A DNA stretch of 64,000 nt, from positions 6,076,001 through 6,140,000 of the forward strand of contig NC_045701.1 in the NCBI RefSeq assembly GCF_009834535.1. Direction: 5' to 3'. The notes under the pieces were generated by a model. That model was not told where the DNA came from. It did no database searches and was given only the letters and a program-made list of their open reading frames with translations. This DNA is from Camelus ferus. Its lineage: Eukaryota. The translations under genes and the position numbers were made by a program. The first letter of the stretch is position 1; each line of letters opens with the position of its first letter. This document shows positions 38,615 to 49,191 of this stretch, piece by piece.

Positions 38615-39768
38615 TGGGCAGACCTCGTGTTACCACACTTTGCAGACGCTGCCATTTTCACGAATCAAATGTGTGAGGCAACTCTGCATCGAGCAAGTCT
38701 ATCAGGACCACTTTGCCAACAGCATTTGCTCATTTCCTGTCTCTGCGTCACTCTGTGGTAGTTCTCACAATATTTTGAACTTTTTCAACTTTANNNNNNN
38801 NNNNNNNNNNNNNNNNNNNNNNNNNNNNNNNNNNNNNNNNNNNNNNNNNNNNNNNNNNNNNNNNNNNNNNNNNNNNNNNNNNNNNNNNNNNNNNNNNNNN
38901 NNNNNNNNNNNNNNNNNNNNNNNNNNNNNNNNNNNNNNNNNNNNNNNNNNNNNNNNNNNNNNNNNNNNNNNNNNNNNNNNNNNNNNNNNNNNNNNNNNNN
39001 NNNNNNNNNNNNNNNNNNNNNNNNNNNNNNNNNNNNNNNNNNNNNNNNNNNNNNNNNNNNNNNNNNNNNNNNNNNNNNNNNNNNNNNNNNNNNNNNNNNN
39101 NNNNNNNNNNNNNNNNNNNNNNNNNNNNNNNNNNNNNNNNNNNNNNNNNNNNTGAGGAGCTGCTTTTTATGCATGAGCGAAGAAAGTGGTTNNNNNNNNN
39201 NNNNNNNNNNNNNNNNNNNNNNNNNNNNNNNNNNNNNNNNNNNNNNNNNNNNNNNNNNNNNNNNNNNNNNNNNNNNNNNNNNNNNNNNNNNNNNNNNNNN
39301 NNNNNNNNNNNNNNNNNNNNNNNNNNNNNNNNNNNNNNNNNNNNNNNNNNNNNNNNNNNNNNNNNNNNNNNNNNNNNNNNNNNNNNNNNNNNNNNNNNNN
39401 NNNNNNNNNNNNNNNNNNNNNNNNNNNNNNNNNNNNNNNNNNNNNNNNNCCACTCCAAACTTCAAGCAACCACCACCCTAACTGATCAGCAGCCACCAAC
39501 ATAGAAGCAAGACTCTTCATCAGCAAAAATATGAAGGCACAGAGGATAGTTAGCACTTTTTTGCACTAAAGTATTTTTAAATCAAGACAGGTACATTGTT
39601 TTCTGTAGATGCGATACTATTACACACTTAACAGGCTACAGTATAGCATAAGCAAAACTTTCATAGGCAGTGGGAAACCAAAAAATTCACGTGACTCACT
39701 TTTATTTCAGTAGTCACTTTATAGCGCTGGTCTGGAATGGAACCTACAATGTCTCCGAGGTGTGTCAG
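38615..39768 (+). mobile_element. Internally deleted Tigger1 (Tc1/mariner-pogo) element, ~1.15 kb
   Basis: Left end gggcagacctcg..gcaactctgcatcgagcaagtctatc. Transposase piece EELLFMHERRKW. Right end gggaaaccaaaaaattcacgtgactcacttt..tctccgaggtgtgtcag followed by TA. Confidence 0.9.
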
Positions 39769-40987
39769 TATCAGGAAATGATAAATCACATGAAGGAAGA
39801 GGCTGAGAGTGGGGGCTCTCTCAGCGATGCCAGGGAGACCTCTAAGGAGGTGACACTGGAGCAGACTCCTAAGTGAAGTGTGAGAGAACAGCCCCCACTT
39901 TCAGAAGCCAGGAGGAGGAGGTCCTGCAGGAGAGCAGGAGGAGTTGGAGCAACCTGGGTGTAGGAGGAGAACCAGGTGGGGATTGTGGGGTAGAAGCCAG
40001 GTGAAGACAGTGTCACAAAGAGACCACATCAGCCAAGAGTCTGCAGGTGATGACAACTAAGAGCTGGCCACTAGGTTATCACTGGTACCTGACGAAGCGT
40101 GGTTTCAGTGAAGGGATGGGGCAAGAGCCACGCTGGGTTCAAGAAAGAATGAGAGGTGGGAAATGGAGCAGAATGGATGTCACTTCTTTTGGAAATATTT
40201 ACAAGGGAGAACGGAGGACTTGGGAGAAAAGCTGACTAGGACAGAGGGTGGAGAGTGTTTTGTTGTTGCCACTTTTTCCCTTAAGATGGGAGATACTACA
40301 GCATGTTTCTCATGGGGATTTTCCATCGAGGGAGCAAACTGACAATGCTGATGGGAAGAGAGATACATGCAGGAGTGAGAGCCCTGGGTGCAACAGGGAA
40401 CGGGCTGCGCTGCACATGTGGTTCCAGGGCTGCGTGGTTTTGGTGCAGATCGGCTAGCAGATTTAGCACGGGAAGATGATGAAACTAGTTACTAATTGCT
40501 TCCTTTTTCTCAGTGAAATATGTCAGGCCATCAGCTGAGAGTGGGGTGGGGCCAGAAACATAGTGGGCTCGGCAGTGCCAAGAGTCTGTCTTGAGGTTTG
40601 TGGTCATAAATCAAAAGCAAGACGATGCAGATGGCTGGTTTTCTCCAGCCATATTCATCAGCCCAAGGCAGGAGCATGGTGGACAGAGGGTGGGGTTTCC
40701 CAGGAAAGTGTGATGAAGGAGTAATTGGTCAAGAAAGCTGAGGGTGTATGCAAGCATCTACGCTGAGGAGGTAGAGGGGCCAAGCGAGGGATGGTGGACA
40801 ATGAAGAAGCAGAAGGGTCACCAGGTCGAAATCCCTTGTCGGGTGAAGGCCAGGTGGAACTGGGTACTAACAGGAATAAGGTAAAAGAGAAAAAAGTTGT
40901 TTCAGTTGCGTGTGTTTATATTGGGTCATCTCGTAAGCTGTACTTTGCCTATGGATCAGGGTTTAAAAAATTCCCAGGACTCCAGGG

Positions 40988-41199
40988 CAGGGTTTCTCTA
41001 CCATGGCACTGCTCACATTTTAGATCATATATTCTCTGTTGTGGGGCCTCTCCTGTGCATTGTAGGGGGTCTAGCAGCATCCCTGGCCTCTGCTCACTAG
41101 ATGCCAGTAGCACCCATTCTTGCCTGCAAGTTGTGACAGACAAAAATCTCTCTGTATTGCCAAATATCCTCTGGGTGGCAAAACTGTTGAGAACCAGCA
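40988..41199. mobile_element. MER20 MITE
   Basis: cagggtttctctaccatggcactgct..tgtgcattgtagg..tagcagcatccctggcctc..agatgccagtagcaccc..gttgtgaca..caaaaat..gttgagaacca. Confidence 0.9.
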
Positions 41200-41268
41200 G
41201 CCTAGAGATAATCATGGGGGGACGGCTGAAGTAGAGAGAAGAGACGATAACTAAAAGAGAGCTGGTCA

Positions 41269-41945
41269 TATCCTATGATCCAGCAATCCCACTCCTGAGG
41301 ATGTATCTGGAAGAAACTAATTCAAAAAGATAATAAGCACCCCAATGTTCACAGCGGCACTATTTGCAACAGCCAAGACATGGAAGCAACCCAAATGTCC
41401 ATTGACAAATGACTGGNNNNNNNNNNNNNNNNNNNNNNNNNNNNNNNNNNNNNNNNNNNNNNNNNNNNNNNNNNNNNNNNNNNNNNNNNNNNNNNNNNNN
41501 NNNNNNNNNNNNNNNNNNNNNNNNNNNNNNNNNNNNNNNNNNNNNNNNNNNNNNNTACTAAGTGAAGCCAGAAAGAGAAAGACAAATAACACATGATACT
41601 ACTTATATGTGGAATCTAAAAAAAGGACACACATGAACTTATTTACCAAAGAGAAACAGACTCATGGACATAGAAAACAAACATGGTTACGGCAGTGGCA
41701 GTGGGGCGGCGGGGGGAGGCAGTGGGCAGGAATAAATTAGGAGTTCAAGATTTGCAAATACTAACTACTGTATATAAAACAGATAAACGGCAAGGCCCTA
41801 CTGTGCAGCCCAGGGAACTATAATCGATACCTTGTAATATAATGAAAAATATGAAATGAAATATATATATGTCTAACTAAATCACTATGCTGTACACCAG
41901 AAATTAACACACTGTAAACCGACTATATGTCAATTAAAAAAAAAA
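41269..41945 (+). mobile_element. 5'-truncated L1 (ORF2 end, 3' UTR, poly(A))
   Basis: tatgatccagcaatcccactcctg; MFTAALFATAKTWKQPKCP; LSEARKRKTN; A-tail. TSD-like agagctggtca (41258-41268) versus agttggtca/agagttggtca after the tail. Confidence 0.93.
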
Positions 41946-42104
41946 AGTTGGTCAAAGGATAGAGTTGGTCAAAGGACTGAGTTGGGTGGACAATCTACAT
42001 AGATGTTCAAGTCACCAAAAACGTTGGTGGGAGGAGACTGTGGGACAGATGTATGGAATCTCCAAAGAATGACGTGGTGTGACCCCGGACTGTAGATGAG
42101 TGTT

Positions 42105-42225
42105 CTCTACCCTGACAACGTATTAGAATTCCCTGGAGAACTTACCCACCAATGCCCAGGCCCCACTGAGATCAATTAAGTAGAATCCCCAGGTGATTCC
42201 CATGTGCAGCCAGGGTAGAGGACCC
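42105..42225. mobile_element. MER5B-like fragment
   Basis: tattagaattccctggagaactt..aatgcccaggcccca..ccccaggtgattcccatgtgcagccaggg. Confidence 0.7.
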
Positions 42226-43100
42226 AGCAGAAGAGGCCCACCCTCCAAGGCCCAGCTTAAGTACGACTTCCTTCGGGAAAATTTCCCTCCCGTTTCACTT
42301 TTGTTCATCCACTCCACTAGGCACAACCAATCTTGCTTTGCTTGTAACTTACATGTGTAATCATTAGAAAAGAATAAAGGCACTAAAATTAAGTGGCTGA
42401 AAAGAGAACATGTTTTTATCTACTAAGGAATTTTAAATTTAGGGGATCCGCTAGTGCGGAGCCTCTCAGGGAACCTTCTCCTTGAGCTTCAGGTCAGCCA
42501 CGCCTCTTGAGGGTCCCCGAGCACAGCCAAGCACTTATGTGTCACTGGTAAGCACTGTTAGAAATATGTCCCCTCTGGCAACACTGTAATAAACACTTGT
42601 TGAAATTAATGACTTGTATTTAATTTCATCCTGCCCCGCAAAATGCACCAATGATTAGATTACAACAATTTTAGTAACATTTAGCATCTGGTCACCATGT
42701 TCTTCACAATACCCTTCACATGTAGCCAACTTTTTATTAAAAAGAATCAATGACATCAAATCTTGAATATGTATATACGTAAAAACAAACAAACACCAGG
42801 AACCAGAGACTAACAGTCTTCCCTGCTTTCCCATGAGAATCCCTTAGAGAATATTTAAAGTACCCTGAACTCTCACTTTCACTGTTGATTAAACACAAAC
42901 ATCCATCTATGAAACACCTACAAAAGATACAGACAAGTTAAGTAATGTAACTCAAATATTTCTTTTTCCCAGCTTGGTGAACCTGATAAAATTAAATTAA
43001 CTTGCCTTGATGGGCATTTTAACTTTCATCCATGGAAGGGCAGAGCATGGCTGGGCAAGAATACGAGATCTGTACAACAGAAGAAGCTGTTCCTGTACAC

Positions 43101-43283
43101 CAGTGGTTCTCAAAGCGTGGTCCACGACCAGCAAGATCAACAAGATCAGCATCACCTGGGAACTTGTGCAAATTAAAAAATGCAAATTACCAGACCCCCA
43201 CCCAAGACTTGCAGAATCCAAAACCGTAGATTTTAACAAGCCCTCCGGGTGATTCTGAGGCATTCTCACCTGGAAACCACTGA
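43101..43283. mobile_element. MER5A1-like MITE
   Basis: cagtggttctcaaagcgtggtcca..cagcatcacctgggaacttgt..ttttaacaagccctccgggtgattctgagg..gaaaccactg. Confidence 0.88.
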
Positions 43284-43445
43284 ATCTAAGCCATGGTTTT
43301 CATATTATGCAGCGAAGCCCTGGCTTCCAGTGGGCTAAGATTCTGAGTCTCCCACCAGCATTCACAGGGTCATGTGGTATGTGAATGGAGATTCACAGTT
43401 TTAAAAATGTGAATGGAGATTCCACTGCTTGGAAACTGTAACGTT

Positions 43446-43448
<3 letters not shown>

Positions 43449-43478
<30 letters not shown>
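43449..43478. repeat. T30 homopolymer (A30 on the minus strand)
   Basis: Read directly. Confidence 0.95.
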
Positions 43479-43479
<1 letters not shown>

Positions 43480-44189
43480 GGTACCAAATGCCAAGAATTC
43501 AAATTCTATTAAGTTTCAACATCACATCACTGAGATGTGGTACCGGCAGAGCAATCAGCTGAACTAAAGAGAATGTGGAGAGAGTTCACCTAGGTTCAAA
43601 CGCCAGCACCACCAATTAACAGCATCTCCCTGGGCCTCAGGAAAACCAAGTTTGACGAGATGCTGCTCCTTTCCAGGAAGACTCTTCAGTTGGCCAGAAA
43701 ATCTCCCCTGCAAGGACCGCCACTGGTCTTCCCTCAGAGCTGGATCAGAGAAAGTCAAGGAAAAGGAGACCGTTTGCTAAGAGCTTTCACGACCTCTTCC
43801 TGTCACCACTCTCCTGGGAGACAGAGGCAAACAGCTTTTCCTGAAGCCATCACTTACGTTGAAGGAATTTACTTAAAGTTGGGAAATCTCAAGATTTTAT
43901 AAGATAATTAACTGAAAGTTTCCAAAGACACAAGAGATTGCTACAGAAGGCATCAGAGAAAACATGATATTGCCCAGCTTTTGTTTCTAAAATGGTTCCA
44001 GATGAATTTCTTATTCATTAACCAAATAATATTATAAAGCATTTTCATATAGAAAAGCCTGCATGTTTGAGCAAGTAAACCATTCAAAGTGCACAGAGAG
44101 CAAGTTAATCACCCTTTTGCCCCACTGTCAGTTTTAAACAATATTAAATTTGCTTTGTCCTTCTACATCTTTCCCCAAGGTCATACACA

Positions 44190-44755
44190 TAGGGTTTCTT
44201 CTTTTTTAAATCAGAAATAGGATCATATTACATACAATATTCTGCAACTCGCTTTCATTTACATTCAATATCTCACAGACATCCTTCACAAAACAATCCA
44301 TAGTATCTGCACACTATTTTATTCATCCTACTGATGGACAATCACGTTGCTTCCAGTTTACTTTCTGTAATAATCCTTCAATAAACATCCTCACACACAG
44401 ATCTCGACACGCTGATGTTTTTAATTCTCTAAGAAAGGGTTCCAAATATAAGACTGCTGGTTCATATGGCATGTATGTTCCAAAGGTTCACAGAAACAGT
44501 CTGCTTACCCTAAAGGCTGCACCAATTCATACTCCCACCAAGTGTCTGAGGGTTGCCCCCAACCTATCTAACAGAAGATAATACCAATCTTCAAAACATG
44601 GATTAAGTGGATGAACAGAAAACAAATCTCTTAGTTTTTTTAATTTGCATTTCCCCAACCAATATGTTGGTTGAGAATCTTTTCACATGTTTATGAGCAT
44701 TTGGGTCTCTTCTCTTGAGACTTGCCTGTTCATATCCTTTGCGTATCTTTGATCC
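44190..44755 (-). mobile_element. Old L1 (L1ME-like) fragment
   Basis: ctgatggaca..gttgcttccagttt..ataaacatcc..aaaggctgcaccaattcatactcccacca..taatttgcatttccc..ttcacatgtttat..ttgcctgttcatatcctttgc. Confidence 0.8.
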
Positions 44756-46406
44756 TGTGGTCCTTCAAGTACTATTTAATCTCACAGTAATCCCTTCCCC
44801 TGGAATCTACCAGATATGTTCAGCATAAAATAATATCACCCTCTAGGAACTCAGTGTGTGGGGTGGGGCCAGGGGAGGTCTTCAATGCATGAAGTACATG
44901 GTAAGCTCTCAAAAACAATCGCTGAATAAGTGAATAGCAGGCTTGGAGAATTTTGTTAAGAGTGCGGCTAGAAGAGTAAAAGGAAATACAGATATTCGTT
45001 ACTTGTTCTGCATATTCAGACCAGCATCACTTTGGCTGAAATTAAATTGTTGGTTAAGGGAAAAACAAAACCACAGTCCTGGCGCTACTCTGACAATCTA
45101 CTGTGAAATGGGTGGCAAAAGACCTCAGTCTTAATTCATAGCTCTGGGTGGTACATAAACAAAGGCTCTTAAAACCAAAGCATTTTTGGACTCAGCCTTA
45201 TCCACCAGTTGTCATTCAAATGGCACCTGCCACTAAGCGACAGGTTGTTAGTTTGGTCAATGGACAAGGGAAGCCTACCTTAAACATTCTGTTCTTTTTT
45301 TTCTTTTCTTTCTTTTTTTTTTCTGACTCCATCTCCATCTGAGATTTGTTTGCCTTTCAAAATCTCCTGCTAATGGGGTGGGGGGGATGGGGGGTCCTGC
45401 AAGGGGAGTTTGACAGAGTTCAGATTCCTTAACTCTTTTAACTTTAGGCAAAACATCTGGTTATACCCAACATTTATCCCCATTATTTATAATAGTTCTG
45501 TTTTGCTATGTTTTAACTAGCCTCCTTATTAAATATAAAAGTAATAGGATTAAAAAGTTCTGGGGGAAAGTACTGTAATTAAAAAGGCACCAGTTGGGTA
45601 TGTTAAGCTGTAATTCTGATCCTGCTTATTTAGTTTTCCTTCTTGTCTTTAATTTTTTTTTTTACCCAATAAAAGTAACTTTGAATTATTTAACTCTTTT
45701 TTAGTACTTCCTGCATTGGCTAAACACCACCTAAAATCTCCAAGAAAACATTATGACTCAAAAGTTCTGGAGCAGTTATGTCACAGATCACAAAGTTTTA
45801 GACACCGTCCCACGAGTCTGAGCACGCCACACACACACCTCAACACACACCACACAGCCTGGTAACTTGATAGGCAACTCTCCAAAACGAATAGGCATTT
45901 CCTAACCTCCTGAAGTTACAACATCTTCTTAATAGGAAAAAAAAAAATGCAGGAACTTTGATCTAGCCATGAAGTTATAAAAAAAAAGAAGCAAGAGGCA
46001 ACAAAACACAATTTATAACACTTTGTTTAGAGAGGCACAAATAAATAAATAAATATTAAGGTAGCAAACTTGCGAATGAAGATTGAAGCATTTGCAATAA
46101 AGCTCCTCATTTCTAATTTTTTTTATTTCAGCTTTAAAAAAAAACTTCTCTTTTTAAATGTTTATTACATGTTTAGCACATCCAAGAAAAATGTGACAGA
46201 CGTAGTTACAAAGTACAATCCTAAAATGAGTAAGTACATCTTTAGATGTATAAACTTTTTTTTTCTGAATATAATTGGTAAAAATTTAGATTATTCATCA
46301 CCATCTTTAACTGCTCTTGGGAACAAATGATCTGCTAGGAGCCAGGGGTGGAGGATTGGGGGAAATCAGTGTAATTCTGAGATATAAAAGAAACTGGACT
46401 AGAAAC

Positions 46407-46407
<1 letters not shown>

Positions 46408-46440
<33 letters not shown>
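46408..46440. repeat. Perfect (CA)16 microsatellite
   Basis: Read directly. Confidence 0.97.
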
Positions 46441-46441
<1 letters not shown>

Positions 46442-47745
46442 CCTCTTTCTAAACCTGACTTAAAAATACTTAAGAAACAGTGTTTGAAAAACCATGAACA
46501 AGTAGATTCAACAGTAGGTAAATTCAAGCCACATATACACAAGCCTATGCTTATAAAGAATATCCCCAATAACTCATTCATTCATCAGGGTCAAGTTAAA
46601 AATGCTCACTTTCCCTTTGGAGGTAGAAGCACCGCATCAGTGCCAAAAACAGAAACTAATAAAACTCTGTAGTATCTCCTTGATTACCTGAGTGGGTACA
46701 AAGGCAGAGAGAAACCTGTGACTCCTCCAGTCTGAGGAGCCCTGTGTTTCTGTTGATTCAAGGCACGACTTCTAAGACTGGGAACTTTACAAAAGGGATG
46801 GAGGATTTCAGCAACGGATTTGATTCTCTCCTAAATTAGTTACGCTAATTTTAGACAAATGTATCTTGGGCTCTGGGTGTTCTCCACAATTCTAGGGCTT
46901 AGTGAAAAACAATTAGCATTCCTGCAGGTATCCCTCCTCCCTCAAGGCCATTTGTCTGCTCACATCCACCGCCCCTCCAGGATTTTCGCAGATAACCCAA
47001 ATCAGCCAACAAGAAAGATAAAACCTAGGAAACTCAATGGCTGACCGTCTCACTGGAAGCATTTAATGAAGTGAACAGACACAAAAGCAGCCTAATTCCT
47101 GACATCACGGGGCACATCTCCGAGATGAAAGCCTCCCCTCTTCCCCTACATCCCCTCTGTGATCCCTTGTAGCCTCTCCAATGATGAAGCCCCAAAGTGC
47201 TGACATGACCTCAATCCCATGGCATCGTCTCAGTAAAATGCCAAGGAGAAAGGCTGACACGTTCCTGCCAGCGAACTGTAGGTCAACAGACACGCCCTTC
47301 GCCTGCCCCTTCACAAAGCAGAGATCACAGTCTATTTCGAAAGTAAATAGTCCCCACCGCTCCACTCCTGAGGACTCGCCAACTCCAAGCTCTGGAAAAA
47401 GGACTGCGGGCAACGTGACGAATGCCACAACTCAGCACCCCTAGGGACTATGAGAAGCCATAGTAAGCAATACTCAGAGCACCAGACTGCTTGTAAGTTA
47501 TGTATATTTGGGGATCCAAGTTTCCAGAACATCATCCCTACTCTCCTGTCTTTAACTGCATCTTGGACAACGCCAACACAGCTCATCCCTCTCATCTTCT
47601 GGAAATAACCAGAGGTTAGTTTTCACCACTGGGATTCTGAATCAACTTCCTTTCCCCAAGTCACCCAGGCTCTTTACGGGCAGCAAAAATCCAAGTTTCC
47701 CCACGCGTCACCCGAAGCCCCAACTTCTGGAAACGCCCCCCTTAC

Positions 47746-47950
47746 CTCGCCTCCACGAGCTGGCATCGCTGCGACAGCCGAGCACGCAGCCGCGGGCGCT
47801 GCTGCTGTCGCCGCCGCAGCCAGGGAGACGAGAGGAGGCTCGGGCTGGTCTTCGGCCCCGGGGCCACCGCGAGCCAGGCCGTCCGCCCTGAGGCGATAAC
47901 CTGGGCGCCTCCTCTCCGTGGGGAGTGAGCCCCGGTGGGCTGCCAGGCGC
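47746..47950 (-). other. Candidate first exon A of host gene; upstream (right-hand) boundary uncertain; ends in ATG-led MPARGGE before the donor
   Basis: Minus strand reads GCAGCG ATG CCA GCT CGT GGA GGC GAG|GTAAGG, a near-consensus 5' splice site at the edge of the CpG island, followed by ~47 kb with no clear coding exon. Confidence 0.65.
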
Positions 47951-49191
47951 CCACGCGGACCCAGGCGCCGGGAAAACGCTCCGCACCCGCGCCGGGCCGG
48001 AGGATGCGGCCGAGCGCACGGCTTCCGCGGAGCGCCCGGGCGGCCGCGGCGGCGGGAGAGGGGCGTGTTCCTCGTGCCTCCGAGCCCGACAGGGGAAGGA
48101 GGCGAGCCGAGCGCGCAGTCCCTGACGGCGGCTCTCGGCCCTCCACCCCGGCGGGCCGGCCTGGCGACGCGCTGCAGCCCGTGCGCCCTTGCGGGGACAG
48201 GCGCCGTGCGCGCCCTGCGGGGCCGCCTCCGTGCCGGCCTGGGCGCGCAAACTTTCCGGGGGAAAGCCGCACCAGCCTCTCCTGCGGGGGCGCCGCGTTC
48301 TCCCCGGGGCCCACCAACTGTTCGCCCCCTCCCCTCCGCAGGCAGGACCCACTGAAAATATGGCGCCCTCAAACGTCGCTCCTCTGTCCCCTCAAGGAAT
48401 CCCGAAATTCCAGTCTCTAGAACCCCATGCTCCCGGTGGGCGCGAAATTTCAGCTCGTGGGGCCGAAGAAGGAGAGGGCGCCCCTCGTCCAGCGGCACTG
48501 AATCCCAACCCTGCTCTCGCTCTCAGCCCGGCGCTGCCCCGGTCCCTCAGCGGCCAGCAGTTTGCTGGTGGTGAGACTGCCAAGTAAAGGAGAGTCGTAG
48601 AATCGGCAGGTCGGAGAGTCCGGAACTGGGAAAGGCGCTCCGCACTGGCCGGCTGTCTTTGCTCGGAGCCTCGGCCGGAGACTTGTTTGCAAAGTGGCGC
48701 TGGAGTCGGGGCGACCAGTGCTGGAATGAAGCCGCTCCGCCCGCGCCAACTCTCCTGGCGCAGGGGCCCGGCTGGGGCCGAGGGGACACTCCATGCAGGC
48801 GGGGCCGCTTTTCAAAGCCCAGTTACCGGAAACCCAGCGGGAGCCCCGGAGGGGACCCGCTGCCCACGACTAAGAATCCGCTCTCAGGCGCCGGCTGCGA
48901 GGCTGTTCGCAAACGGCGGCGCCCGGGTCCAGTGCAGTAAAACATACATGTGCAATAGACAGGTGCAGTAATTTTATTTTATTTTTATTTTCCTGCAAAA
49001 AGCTCTCCTAGAACATCAAATCTGGGAGCTTTTCGGGGTTTTCTCTGCATTGGCATCACTCACGAAATGCAAAAGGAAGGGAAAAGCCACCCACATTTTC
49101 CTTCTGTAGAGGGAAGGGAAAAGACGAGAAATTCATGCAACGTGCATGCAGCTGGAGGAAGAGGAAAACCCGAGTGAGCCGTGCGCCTTAC

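Larger units (their letters stand above)
38470..42110 (-). mobile_element. Long L2 remnant broken by Tigger1, MER20 and L1 insertions
   Basis: L2 3' end at ~38470-38610 (caaccatgtgccaggcattgttctgg). Internal L2 sequence resumes at 39770 (ggagacctctaaggaggtgacactggagcaga; tttctcagtgaaata..catcagctgagagtg; tttctccagcca; gagggtgtatgcaag) and again after 41946. Confidence 0.72.
1..47745 (-). other. Probable long first intron of the minus-strand gene (continues past the left edge of the window)
   Basis: Lies downstream of the donors, is repeat-rich, has no splice-bounded open exon I can support, and by eye the + strand is A/C-rich, as expected for minus-strand transcription. Confidence 0.6.

Noticed and set aside
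38505-39556. ORFs of 100-236 aa spanning N runs (also at 15933-16375, 24965-25745 and 49133-49652)
   Set aside because: Their length is an artefact of N translating as X without stops. The readable parts are L1 or Tigger1 remnants or GC-rich sequence.
47746-47766. Loose similarity of MPARGGE to known N-termini such as TJP2 (MPVRGDRG)
   Set aside because: Only a few residues match and the exon length differs. Not enough to assign a gene symbol.
47674-48971. Long overlapping ORFs in the CpG island (up to 274 aa, both strands)
   Set aside because: Stop codons are rare in very GC-rich DNA. The products are low-complexity Arg/Pro/Gly/Ala in all frames with no recognisable domain.
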